Shown here piece after piece: positions 47,258-58,743 of a stretch of 64,000 bases of DNA. Origin of the DNA: Cyanophora paradoxa CCMP329 (lineage: Eukaryota; Plantae; Glaucophyta); contig QPMI01000260.1 in NCBI GenBank assembly GCA_004431415.1, forward strand, positions 32,759 to 96,758. Reading direction: 5' to 3'. The position numbers were made by a program, and so were the translations under genes. Position 1 is the first letter of the stretch; every line of letters starts with the position of its first letter. The notes under the pieces are model-generated. The model had not been told where the DNA came from. It saw only the letters and a program-made list of their open reading frames with translations, and made no database searches.

Positions 47258-47986
47258 GTTTGCCGTGGGCTACAGCTTTTGCTTTCTAGCTGGCTCTACC
47301 CCTCTCACGCAGCACAAGTTGCAAGCTTAGAGCGCTCAACCCTAGCGAGTTTACTCTTAGCAATAGAGGGGTACACTCCCCGCAGTGCTGTGAGCTCTGC
47401 GTCGCTAGCATGGTCATATGCTAATCTAGTATATGCATACACAACTCGAAATGGGTGCCAAGAAGGGGACTGCCTCGGGCCTGTGAAAATCCTGAGCGTG
47501 AAACTGGGCTAGAGTCCGTAGCAGGCAGAGGGGTACGTGAACTAGGGCTAGTTCGCAACACCTGTCCTGGGTACGGCAGTCTGGCCTAGGGTACGCGAAG
47601 CAGGGGAGAGGCAGGACCAAGGCGCCGTATACATAGGGTAGGGTCGGGTGGGAGAGCTCGAGGCGCGACGGCGCACTCGGGTACAACAACTGAAGAGGGG
47701 CGGGCAGTCGTGCCTCGGGTACAGCTGCTCTACGTCTACTCGCGGGTTGACCTAAGTAAACTACTTTACTATCAATCAACCCTAGCGAGTTTACTCTTAG
47801 CAATAGAGGGGTACACTCCCCGCAGTGCTGTGAGCTCTGCGTCGCTAGCATGGTCATATGCTAATCTAGTATATGCATACACAACTCGAAATGGGTGCCA
47901 AGAAGGGACTGCCTCGGGCCTGTGAAAATCCTGAGCGTGAAACTGGGCTAGAGTCCGTAGCAGGCAGAGGGGTACGTGAACTAGGG

Positions 47987-49122
47987 CTAGTTCGCAACAC
48001 CTGTCCTGGGTACGGCAGTCTGGCCTAGGGTACGCGAAGCAGGGGAGAGGCAGGACCAAGGTGCCGAGGCGGGGGGCGGCTGCGAAGTGGGCGCCGCGCG
48101 CTGGCACCCATGGAGAGAGGTGTGTGATGAATGAAGGTCAGCTGGAGGGCACTGCGGCTGGGGGCGCGTGGCTGCTGGCGAGGAGGAGGCCCGCTGGCGG
48201 CGGACGAGCTCGGGGCGCGCACGGATGTACAGCTGGAAAGCGTCGGACCGCCAGCGGCCGAGGAGCTGGATAGCGTAGTCAGGGAGGCCGGCCTCGAACG
48301 CCGCGGTGGCGGCGCCGATGCGGAAGCTGTGCGGCAGCAGGGGGTCGGCTGCGTAGCCGAGGGCGTGGAGCCAGTTGCGGAGGGCGGCATGCAGCTCCGA
48401 ACGGGTCAGCGGCTGGCCGGTGGCGGCATGTGCGAAGATGTAGGCGTCAGGGCGGGCGGGCCCGTCCAGGAGAGGGCGAGGGCCTCGAGGGCGCAGTGAG
48501 CGCACTCCAGGCCGCCGACATGGGGAATGTCGACGTCACAGCCCTGGCCTCGCTGATCGGTCTTCGACTTCTTCAGGCGGAGGCGGGCGAAGCTCTCGCC
48601 CTCGTCCGTGAAGAAGCGGAGGTCGCGGCGCTGGAAGAGCCGGGCCGGGTCGGGCACAGGGAGGCGGACAGCACAGACCTCGCTGCAGCGGAAGAAGCCG
48701 AAGAAGGCGGTGGAAAAGGCGGCCCAGAGGAGCCGCGTCTCAGGTGACGGGTGGGCGGCTGCATACTGGGCGAGGTCACTGAGCTGTCCGCGCGTGATCG
48801 GGTCGCGGCGGAGTTTGGGGCGAGGGTCGGCCACGCGGGCGATGCCCTCGAGGAGCCGGGCGAGGCGCGGCATGGAGCCCCAGAAAGTGCTGAAGCCGGA
48901 GTCGACGTGCAGCGACTGCACGGCCGTGATGTACGTGCGGATGGATGGCGGGGCGACGCCGCCACGGCGGAAGAGGTGCGCCGCGAAGAAGCAGAGTGTA
49001 GCCTCCGACGCCGGCAGGACCGAGCCCTGCCTGTCGTGCAGACCCCGCTGGAGGCAGAACTCGATGAACTCGCGCTGCGGGTACGAGTAGCTCCTGCGGG
49101 TGCTGGCCGCTAAGCCGGACAT
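47987..49122 (-). CDS. Tyrosine recombinase of the retroelement (frameshift near 48480)
   Basis: FFGFFRCSE and LKKSKTDQ lie in frame 48406-49122; HSFRIGAAT and LGRWRSDAFQLYIR lie in frame 47987-48505. Confidence 0.88.
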
Positions 49123-50741
49123 GTAGAGGTGCGTGGCGAGGGCGGCAAGGGGTCGATCGACGGCCAGCAGGCGGGGGTCGGCAAAGAATCCGCTGACCGG
49201 TGCAGTCGGCGGAACTGCTCGATCTGGAGGCGGGAGAGGGGGTCGGCCAGGACGTTAGACAGGCCAGCGATGTGCGTGGCGCGAAACTCGAAAGAGTGGA
49301 GGACGGAAAGGGCATAGAGGGTGCGGAGGAGGGTGGCGAAGCCGGGGCGGGGGGAGTAGCCGTTGGCAATGGCAAGGGCAACCGGCTCGCAGTCGGTGTG
49401 GAAGTTAATCCGCCGGCGGTGCCACTGGGGGCCCCACGTGGCGGCGGCGATGACGATCGCCATGAGCTCGCGCCAGGGCATGCTGGCAGGGATGTCGGGG
49501 TGGTCGGCCCAGGCGCCGAGGAGCCAGGCGTCGCCAAAGACGGCGCCAAAGCCCACGCCGCTGGCATCAGTCTCCAGGCGTAGCTCCCGCGAGTCGGCCC
49601 AGCGGGCTGAGGCGGGGAGGAGGCGGACGCCGTGCCGCTCGGCGAGCAGGAAGCGCCACCAACGGAGGTCTGCGTGGAAGCCGGGGTGGAGCGTGGCACG
49701 GTGGTGGTCCTCGCGCAGGGCAGAGATGAGACTCAGCACGCGCTGGAGGAAGAAGCGGCCGGGGGGAATGACGGCGGTGGCGGAGGTGAGGAGACCGGCG
49801 AGGGACTGGAGGTCATGCCGGGTGGCGTGCCGCTTTCCCTCCCAGCGGCCGAGGAGTGACACGAGGTCCTCGTAGCGGCCGGCGGAGAGGCGCGCCTCCA
49901 TCGCCTCGGTGTCGAGCTCAACGCCAAGGAAGACTAAGCGGAAGGCGGGCCCCTCCAGCTTCTCCGCGGCCAGTGGGATGCCCAGGTGGGAGCAGATGGC
50001 CTGCAGGGCCTCCATCGACTGTGCACACTCGGCGGTGCCAGGGCGCCCGAGCACAAGGATGTCGTCGACGTAGCGCAGGAAGAGGACACCGGCCCGGCGG
50101 AGGACATGGTCGAGGGCCTGCCCGAGGTCCTCGAACGTGCGTGGGGAGGAGCGGCCGCCGAACGGGAGGGCCATGTCGTAGTAGAAGTCGTACTCGCCGG
50201 GGCGGGTGGGATCCTCGGAGGGGAGGGCGGCACCTAGCAGCCAGTAGTCCTCCGGGCGAACCGGCAGGAGGCGGAAGGCGTCGCGTACGTCGGCCTTGCC
50301 CAGCTGTGTGAGCCGTCCCAGCGTGATGATGAGCTCAATCGCGTCTGCCACCGAAGGGGAGGTGTAGTGGAGGGGGGCATTGTCGATGCCGCGGTTGACG
50401 CTGAAGCCGCGGAAGCGGGGATAGGAGAGGTCGGTGATGCGCCGCCACTTGGGCGGGTGGGAGCGCTTCTTCGGCACCGCGCCGAGTGGCGAGGCGACGA
50501 AGGGGGCGAAGGGCGGATGCGGGAAAGGGCCGGCCATGCGTCCCGCAGCCCGCTCTTTGGCGACGTCCGCCCGAACGGCGTCGAGATGCTCCAGCGCCGT
50601 GGGATGGGGCCTGTGGACCGCCGAGTAGGGTGGCCCGCGGTAGAGCAGGGGGAAGCCGTGAGTGAAGCCCTGGGACAGGCGGGCGGCGAGCGTGGGGTCC
50701 GGATGGTCCGTCAGCGCTGCCAGAAGGTTGGGGAGGTTCAC
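49110..50741 (-). CDS. Reverse transcriptase / RNase H of the retroelement
   Basis: SPLGAVPKK..KWRRITDLS, KADVRDAFR, LPFGGRSSP, YVDD, FLGVELD, ETDASG, WRELMAI, HTDC and NVLADPLSR. The frame may extend upstream. Confidence 0.93.
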   Translation of the reverse strand: MNLPNLLAALTDHPDPTLAARLSQGFTHGFPLLYRGPPYSAVHRPHPTALEHLDAVRADVAKERAAGRMAGPFPHPPFAPFVASPLGAVPKKRSHPPKWRRITDLSYPRFRGFSVNRGIDNAPLHYTSPSVADAIELIITLGRLTQLGKADVRDAFRLLPVRPEDYWLLGAALPSEDPTRPGEYDFYYDMALPFGGRSSPRTFEDLGQALDHVLRRAGVLFLRYVDDILVLGRPGTAECAQSMEALQAICSHLGIPLAAEKLEGPAFRLVFLGVELDTEAMEARLSAGRYEDLVSLLGRWEGKRHATRHDLQSLAGLLTSATAVIPPGRFFLQRVLSLISALREDHHRATLHPGFHADLRWWRFLLAERHGVRLLPASARWADSRELRLETDASGVGFGAVFGDAWLLGAWADHPDIPASMPWRELMAIVIAAATWGPQWHRRRINFHTDCEPVALAIANGYSPRPGFATLLRTLYALSVLHSFEFRATHIAGLSNVLADPLSRLQIEQFRRLHRSADSLPTPACWPSIDPLPPSPRTSTCPA

Positions 50742-51343
50742 GGGCGTGGGCGCCAGTCCCGGAGGGAGCGTGGCGCCGCCGACGGCACTGGTGGGGTAGG
50801 TGGGGACGGTCGTGTCGAAAGGGGGGGCCAGCGGTTGCTTGCGGATGCGCGCGGGCGCGCGCGCGGGCGCGGTAGCTGCCGCCGACGTGGAAGGGGGCCG
50901 CTCCGGAGTCGAAGCGGCGAAAGAGGACCCGGCGGGAATCGAGCGCGGGTCTTGGGCGTGGGCAACGGCGGTCGCCGTGGAAACGCGCCGCTCCGGATTC
51001 GAAGCGGCGGAAGTGGACCCGGACGGAGTCGAACTGCGGGTCTCGGGGACAACAGACGCAATGTCCTGTCCGCTAGGCCGCTGGACGCAACGGCCCGGGA
51101 CATTGGACGCTGGTATAACACCGGGTGCCCGGACGGCGAAGCCCGGGGGAAGATGCCGAGGGGGGGCGATCGGACTTAGCCGCGGGAGGGCCGCGACCGA
51201 GACCGAAGGGGCGGAGGCGGGGACGGCGGCGATGGGCGCACCGCTGCCGCCAGAGGGGGCGCCACCGCCTCCGGAGGGCTCCTATGATGCTCCGCGTCTG
51301 GCGCGCCGCAGGGAGCGGGAACTGCGGCCGCCTGCGGGGGTGC

Positions 51344-53338
51344 TCAGGAAGGGCCGACGGCGCCGGCGCCGGTGGCGGCACGGCGCGCGCAGTCGGGGTG
51401 GTCCCGGCTGTGGCACTGGGCGCAGATGTGGCGCCCGAAGAAGCAGACGCCGTCGCTGACGGCGTTCTTGCAGATGCCCTGGTTGAAGCACCAACAGATG
51501 GCGGGGCTGACGCCGAAGTAGCGCGGGTCCTCGGTGTGCCAGACGGCGCCACGGTCGAGGGCATCCTGCACGGCCCGGGACCGCGAGCGGCCGGAGCCGG
51601 AGGCGGCCCGAGTGTCGCCGCTGGGCGCGGTGCCGGGCGGGGACGCGAGCGCGGCGACCGCCGAGGCCGCGGCGGGGCGCGCCGCGGCGCTGGCGCGTGA
51701 CGCCCGGCCGCCGCCGGCCGGACGGGCGGCTGCATCGACGGCGGCGGCCGAGGCCACGATGCTGCCGGCGTGAAAGGGGAGGGGGCCCCCGAGCCCGAGC
51801 CCCCCCTCGGGCAGGCTGCGCGCGAGGAGAGCCATGCTGTGGTGGCCAAGGGCGCGGTACCGGCCGTCGGCGTCCTCGGCGCAGGCGAGGGCGTCAGCAA
51901 GGTGATGCTGCACCCACGGGAAGACCCGCTCCCACGGAAGCGTGCGGGCAAGGACGATGATCTCGTACTGCAGCCGGGACAGGGCCTCGAGGCGGCGGCA
52001 GCGCTCCTCCGCCGGCAGCATGGTGTCCGTGGAGATCTGGAAGGCGAGGAGCTGAAGGCACAGGAGGAGGTCGGGGAAGGCGAGCTGCTCGCGCTGTGTG
52101 CCGGTGCTGGACGAGGCGGAGTGCGCCTGGAGGACCAGCCGGCCCGAGACGGGGTCGAGGGACACCGCGATGGCGTCCGCGGCGGAGGACGCGAGGCCCG
52201 ACTGGGTGGCGGAGGGGGAGAAGACGGGGTCTAGAAAGAGCCTACGGAGCTCGAAAGGCCCCCCCGCCCGAATCGCCGCTACGAGGCGCTCACCGGCCGG
52301 GCCTGTGAAGATGCGCGCGGGAAGGGTGCTGACGCGAGCGCTCCCGTCGGTCGAGGGGGGCGCAGCGCCGGCACCCCCGAACGCGAAGCCGGCCCCTGCG
52401 AGCGCCGCCGGCAGGGCGCGCGCCAGCGCCTGCGACACCGCCTGAGAGATATCGACATCGGTCTGCGATGTGGGCGGCGGGTCGGCGGCGGCGCCGTGCA
52501 CGAAGGGGCGGGACGGTGCGCTCCGCGGGACGAATACAGCACCAGGGACGGCGGCGGTCGCCGTGGGGACGTGGTGGGACAGGGCCGCGCCGGCGGGGTG
52601 CCGGGGCCGGCAGCGGGGCAGGGGCCTCGAGCGGCAGGTGCGTGACCTGGGCTGGGGCGGGCCGCTGCGCGTGCTCGAGCAGGCTCTGGTGCTGCGCCAG
52701 CACCATGCGCTGCTGGTCGACGGCGCTCACGAGGGCGCTGAGGTCGCGCGTCAGGGGAGCAACCGCTGCCGCGACCGCTGAGGCGGTCGCCTGCTGCACG
52801 CTCGCCGCGAGCTGCTGGGTCAGCATCGGGCCGAGCTGTGACAGATCCACCACGGGGGCCGGCGATCCGGGGCCGGGCAGGACTGCGAGGGTCCCGCCGG
52901 CGGCGCGCGCGAAGCTCGGGCCTCCGGCATGCGAGGTGCGAGCACGGGGGCGGGCTGAGGCGGCGCGGATCCGGATGCCGGGGTCGACGGCGCGGCCGCG
53001 GAACCCCCGCCCGCGGGTGCGGGGGGGGCGGCAGCCGCGTGCGAAGTCTGCTGCAGCAGCCTCGCTGTCGACGCAGGAGGAGCGGCGGGGCCGCCGGGAT
53101 GCTGCTGCTCGGCCTGCGCGGAGTGCGAGGCGAGCCCTGGCGCAGGGGCGATCCCGACGGGCGGCTGCAGATCTGAGGTCGTCTGCAGCTGCGAGCCCGC
53201 ATCTCCTACCGCTGTAGCTACCGGTGTAGCTGCTGGCGCCTCCGGTTGGCGCGGGTCGGGAGGTGCACTCTGGAACCGCGATGGTCCCGCCTCCGAGGCT
53301 GCGCGAGTGGCCGTGCGGCCACGGGTCTCGACAACCAT
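51344..53338 (-). CDS. Gag-like ORF1 of the retroelement (apparent frame changes near 52.9 and 52.6 kb)
   Basis: MVVETRGR start, a coiled-coil segment in a second frame, and C-terminal Zn-finger-like CWCFNQGIC..C..HICAQC...H. Confidence 0.65.
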
Positions 53339-53863
53339 GTTGCGTACGGCCGGAACGCTCTGCAGAGCTCGAGGCGCGACGGCGCACTCGGGGTACAACA
53401 ACTGAAGAGGGGCGGGCAGTCGTGCCTCGGGTACAGCTGCTCTACGTCTACTCGCGGGTTGACCTAAGTAAACTACTTTACTATCAAACAGCTATACTGA
53501 CTGTGCCGCTTAGTATTAGTGCCGCCGTGCGCAATAAGTGCCGCAGTAAGCGGTCCTAGCTATAGCTAGCGGCGGGAGCGTGGCAGCCTGGCAGCTGCAG
53601 TCGACGTCGTACGCCGTGATCATGACGCGTTTTCATTTGCGCAGCCGGTGCCACGGTGCCATATATGCGCGCGCGTGCGCCGCTCGGCGGCCGTACGTAG
53701 GCACTTCGAGCTCGAGGATCGGTACAATGATAACGCGTACGTGCACGATCATCGGATCATCGGATCGAATCATATATGCATCTAGATCTAGAGAGGCGCG
53801 CGGCCATGCTATGATTACCCGGCCTTGGGGAGGGGCGCCGGGGCAGCCGCTGAGCTGCTAGAT

Positions 53864-55486
53864 CTAGAGGCCGTCGGTGCTGGTGAGCTGGCCGTCCTGC
53901 TCGGGCCGCAGGAGCGAGAGGGCCTCCTCGGGCAGGCTCGCCTGCCCCGCCCCCGCCCCCGCCTCAGCCCCGCGCCCCCGCCCCGCGGCGCCCGGGGGCG
54001 GGGCGGGCGCGCCTTCATGTGGTGCGTCTGGTTGACGGTCTCGACCTCGACGAGGCCGGTGGCCCCGAAGCGCACCACGCTGATCCCCCCGTTCCCCTGC
54101 AGCAGCTGCCGGTACCCGTTGGGGCCCACCCCCAGCGCCGTCGACACCATCGCCTTGTTCACGGCGTTGTGCGCCACCACCTGCACCCCGGCCCCCTCAG
54201 CGCCGGCGGGGGCGGGGCGGGGCGGGGCGGGGCGGGGCGGGGCGGGCCAAGACGGTGCGGGCGTCGGTGGCGAGGATCTGGTTCCAGGCGCGGAGGGCCT
54301 GGTGCCACATGTCGACGACGGGGCGCCGGCCCCCGAGCGAGAGGGCCACGGGGTCCCGCGACCACTGCCCGTACAGCTCCGGGCTCCGCTGCTTCACCTC
54401 CTCCTTCGTCAGACCCTCCCACTCCCGCAGGTCGATCTCCCGCAGCTCTCCGCTCAGCTGCATCGCGAACGCCCCACACAGGAACGGCCCCTGCGCCCCC
54501 TCGCTCGAGCTCTCCTGTGGCGGCGGGGCGAGGCGGGGCGGGGCGGGGCGGCGGGGCCGGGGCGGACCTCGCCGAGGTTGGAGGTGGCGAGGGCGTGGCG
54601 GGAGCGGGCGGCCTTCTCCTCGGATGCCCAGAGGGTGTGGCGGGCGAGGGCAGCCTCCGCCGTCTGCCGCGCCCGCTGCAGCGGGCTGCAGAACACCACG
54701 TCGAAGTCGATCTCCCTGCCCCCCGCCCGTCGCCCCACGGATGACCTGGAGCACCGGATGGCGCCGCAGGACGCACCGGATGGCCTCGCCGACGAGCATC
54801 GCCTGGAGGCGGCCCTTGTCGGTGAGGACGCTGTGGTCGCTCCGCCCCTGGATCTTGTTCAGCTTGTTCCACGAGCTCTGCCCGTGCCGCACCAGGTACA
54901 CCACCTTCTCGTGCGCCGGCTTCACCTGCGCCCCACCCGCTCCCAGCTCGCCCCCTTGCAACTTGGCCAGGAGCGCCCGGTCGGCGGCCGGCGCCTGGGG
55001 GAGCGCACGGGGCGGCCGGAGGCGTCGCGAGAAGACCAGAGCATGATATGCTGCCGCACGGTGTTGCCGGGGTAGATGAGGCTCTCCCCGCCCGCTGCCG
55101 CCGCCTCGAAGGGGTCTCGCAGCTCGAAAGCCGCCTCCTCTGCGCTACACACCGCCGACCTAACCGGAACATGCTTCATTGGAGCGCCGCGTCTGGTCTC
55201 ACAGCGCGTGCACGATGACGCCCAGCCCCGGCAGTCGCTGGGCTGGATCCACACAGACGCATGCTTACCACTCAAAGCGCCGAGTCGCGGTCGGCGCAGA
55301 AGTGCGCGCGATCCGTCTTCGTCCGAACGCCTCGCTGCTGCTTGCTGTGCACGCGTCGGGGCGCGCGAAGGTGGTTCTGTACGGGCGAGGGCGCGACTCA
55401 GATAAGCTGGCGACTCAGGGCGCAGACGCGCACCGAAGGCCACCTCGACGCTGCGACGTGCTGCCGAAGAAGACCGCAAACGCCAT
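53864..55486 (-). CDS. Histidine phosphatase / phosphoglycerate-mutase family (similar to plant CA1P phosphatase or cyanobacterial type), probably plastid-targeted
   Basis: VYLVRHGQSSWN..IQGRSDHSVLT, FCSPLQRARQTAE, LREIDLREWEG and VVAHNAVN. Leader MAFAVFFGSTS. Confidence 0.85.
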
Positions 55487-55647
55487 TTCGTCGCCAGGAC
55501 CGTATATACGTAGCCAGAATCCCAGCCCGGCCTGCCCAGCCCCAGCAGCCCCGCCTCAGCCCCTGACAGCCCCCTGTCAGCGGCAGTCAGCGGCCAGCGG
55601 CTGTCAGCGGCAGTCAGGCTGAGTCAGCCCGAAAGGGGGGTACAGTT
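55487..55647. promoter_or_regulatory. Putative bidirectional promoter with repeated (G)TCAGC/CTGAC motifs
   Basis: 161 bp between divergent ATGs; CTGTCAGCGGCAGTCAG occurs twice. Confidence 0.4.
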
Positions 55648-58600
55648 ATGGCGCATGCTTTCGGGCTCCCGGCGATCCCTGCGCATGCGGACCGATCGGG
55701 CATCGTATACGTGTGCAGAAGCTCCGCAGCGCAACCGTCGCTGCCTTCTAGCCGGCAGCTAAGAAGGGCGGGCCGTCGATTCTTCGGCAGTGCGTCCGCA
55801 GTGCTGGGCAATGCAGAGAGAAGAGTCTCCGGATCAGACTGTGCGGATCCGCACATCTTCGGATCCGCACATCCACCCCGACTCCGTGCGCGTGATCTGG
55901 CTCGCTCGCGCGCCGTTTAGCTGAAGATCTACCGCAATCTGTACGCGCAGACGCTGGCGCAGCGCGCGCTGCCGCGGACTCGCCGGCTCCCGCGCAAGCG
56001 GAACCGGCGCAGAGAGGAAAGGCGATCAACATGCTCCACGTGGACGGCCTCGTGAAGACGTACGACGGGGAGCGCTTGGTGCTTGACAACGTGTCCTTCT
56101 CCCTCAACCGCGGTCAGAAGGTGGCGCTCGTGGGGATTAATGGAAGGCACGTACGCGTGAAACGCTCTTGATGCTTGGCGCACCGGAGTCGCGTGCTGAC
56201 TGTGCGGGGCGAGCAGCGGAAAGTCGACCCTCTTCAGGGCGATCAGTGGGCGGGAGAAGCTCGACTCGGGGCGCATCACGTGGAGGAGCAACACGTCGGT
56301 CGGGATCATGGCGCAGGTGCGCGCTGCCTCCGGGGCGGGGCGCGCGGCGCCTGCGGGGCGAGCGGCGCCTGTGGGGCGAGAGGGCGGGCGGGGCGCAGGA
56401 GGACGAGATGGAGGCGTCGCTCTCGGTGTTCAAGACGCTCTTCGAGGCACCGAGCGAGGCGGTGCGCGCGGTGAAGGAGCTCCTGGAGCTGCTGGAGCGG
56501 CAGGAGGCCGGCGAGGGCGTCGCCGCGGAGCGCCTCTCGGGGGCGGCGGAGCGGGTGACGCAGCTGGGGGCGTGGGACCTGGAGGGGCGCGTCAAGGCCG
56601 TCCTCCACGCCCTCGGCTTCGACGCCGCCCGCCTCGACGACCCCGTCTCCTCCCTCTCCGGCGGCCTCCGCCGCCGCCTCGCCCTCGCGCGCGGTCCGCC
56701 CCGCCCCGCCCGGGGCCGCGCGGGGGTGCGGGGGCGGGTGGTGAGGGGCGGGGCCAGTGCTGGTGCAGGAGCCGGAGGTGATGCTCCTCGACGAGCCCAC
56801 GAACCATCTCGACGCAGACGTGCCCCGCCATCCGCACCGCTCCGCCCCGCTCTGCTCCGCCCCGCGCCCACGCCCCGCAGATGTGCGCCTGGCTCGAGCG
56901 CTACCTCCTCGGCAAGCCCTCCCTCACCGTCCTCCTCGGTGCCGCGCCCACCCCCGCCCACCCCGCGGCGGCGTGTCGGGGGCGTGAGCGGGGCGCAGTG
57001 ACGCACGACCGGCTGTTTTTGGAGCGCATCACCTCCGAGATCCTCGAGCTCGATAGGGGTACAGCTTCCAGCTGCCTGCTGATGCTCGTTTCTCGTCCAG
57101 ATCTGCGCAAGCGATGCTTACCACTGAACCAGGGCAACTGCATCAATACCGCGGCAACTATGCGTACTTTTTGGAGCGGAAGGCGGAGCGGGAGGCGGCG
57201 GAGGCGCGGGAGGGGCGGCTGCTGCAGGCCCGCATCCGCAAGGAGCTCGAGTGGGTGCGGCGGCAGCCCAAGGCGCGCTCCACCAAGAGCAAGTCCCGCC
57301 TCGTGCCCCTGCCCCACCCCCCCGTCCCCGCCCTGCGCGGTGACGCGCGCCAGGACGCCTTCTACGCCCTCACGGAGCGCGCCGCCAAGGAGGCGCCCAA
57401 GGCCCGCCCCCGCCCGCGCCGGCGCCGGCGGGGGGCGGGGGTTGAGGCGGGAGGGGGGCGGGGCAGGCGAAGTTCGAGCTGGCGGTGGAGGCGGGGCGCC
57501 TCGGCGGCAAGGTCCTCGAGCTCCGCTCCGTCTCCAAGAGGCGCGCCCCGCCCCGCCCCGCCCCGCCCGCCGCGACCCGCCGCAGCGTCGCCGGCCGGTG
57601 CCTGCTGGACGGCTTCTCGTACGAGTTCCGGGCAGGGGAGCGGGTGGGGATCGTGGGGAAGAACGGGGCGGGCAAGTCGACGTTCCTGAACCTCCTCGCG
57701 GGGGCCCTCGCGCCGGACGCGGGGGAGGTGGAGGCGGGGGCAAGGACGCGGGTCGGGTACTTCCGGCAGGAGGGCCTGGAGCTGCCGCCGGCCCTCCGCG
57801 ACAAGCGCCTCATCGAGGTCGTCAAGGACTTCGGCGAGCGCATCACCCTCCCCGGCAACCGCGTCCGCGCCCCGGCCCCGCCCCGGCCCCGCCCCCCGCC
57901 CCCCCCGCCCCTCACCCCGCGCCGCGCCCCGCAGGAGGTCACGGCCTCGCAGCTGCTGGAGATGTTCCAGTTCTCTGCCGCGCAGCAGTACAGCGCCGTC
58001 TCGCGCCTCTCGGGCGGCGAGCGCAAGCGCCTCTTCCTCCTCACCATCCTGATTTCGAACCCCAACTTCCTCATTTTCGACGAACCGACGAACGACCTGG
58101 ACCTCGTGACGCTGGGCGTCCTCGAGAGCTTCCTCCTCGACTTCCCCGGCTGCATCGTCATCGTCTCCCACGAGTGCCCCCGCCCCGCCCCGCCCGCCGC
58201 GCCGCCCCGGACGGGGGTGACGGGGGCGGGCGTGGGCAGCCGCTTCTTCATGGACCGGCTGGTGGACCACCTCTTCGTCTTCGAGGGCGACGGCACCGTC
58301 TTGGACTTCAACGGCAAGTACCGCGACTACCTCGACTGGCGCGACGCCCGCGCCGCCCACGCACGCGCCGCCGCCGCCCCGCCCCCGTCCGCCCCCGCCC
58401 GCACGCCGCCGGGCGCCGCTGACGGGTGGCGGGCAGGTGGCGGGGCGGGCGGGGCGGGCGGGCGGGCGGGGCGGGCGGGGCGGGGCGCGGGGCGGGGCGG
58501 GAGAAGAAGAAGCTCTCGTACAACGAGCAGCGCGAGTACGAGTCGCTCGAGGGCCGCATCGCCGCGCTGGAGGCGGAGCGGGAGGAGACGGCGGCGCGCC

Positions 58601-58743
58601 TCGCCAAGACGGCGCCGAGCGCGTGGGACGAGGTCGCCGAGCTCTCCGCCCGCCTCGACGCCCTCGCCGCCGAGATCGACGCCAAGTCCGAGCGCTGGCT
58701 CGAGCTCGCCGAGCTCGCCGAGCGCCTCGCCGCGCCCACTTGA
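55648..58743 (+). CDS. ABC-F family ATPase, Uup-like, with N-terminal extension
   Basis: Two ABC cassettes (GING..GKST, LSGG, LLDEPTNHLD; GKNGAGKST, LSGGE, IFDEPTNDLD), linker KELEWVRRQPKARSTKSKSR and Uup C-terminal KKLSYNEQRE..ERWLELAE. Confidence 0.9.

Larger units (their letters stand above)
47336..53487 (-). mobile_element. Ngaro/DIRS-type tyrosine-recombinase retrotransposon with split direct repeats (A1-ORFs-B1-A2-B2)
   Basis: A repeats at 53364-53487 and 47653-47775; B repeats at 47776-48066 and 47336-47627. Gag-like, RT/RNase H and YR ORFs lie in that order, with no introns recognised. Confidence 0.93.

Noticed and set aside
47426-48107. Duplicated small ORFs (LPCFAYPRPDCRTQDRCC..)
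   Set aside because: They are translations of the retroelement B repeats, not genes.
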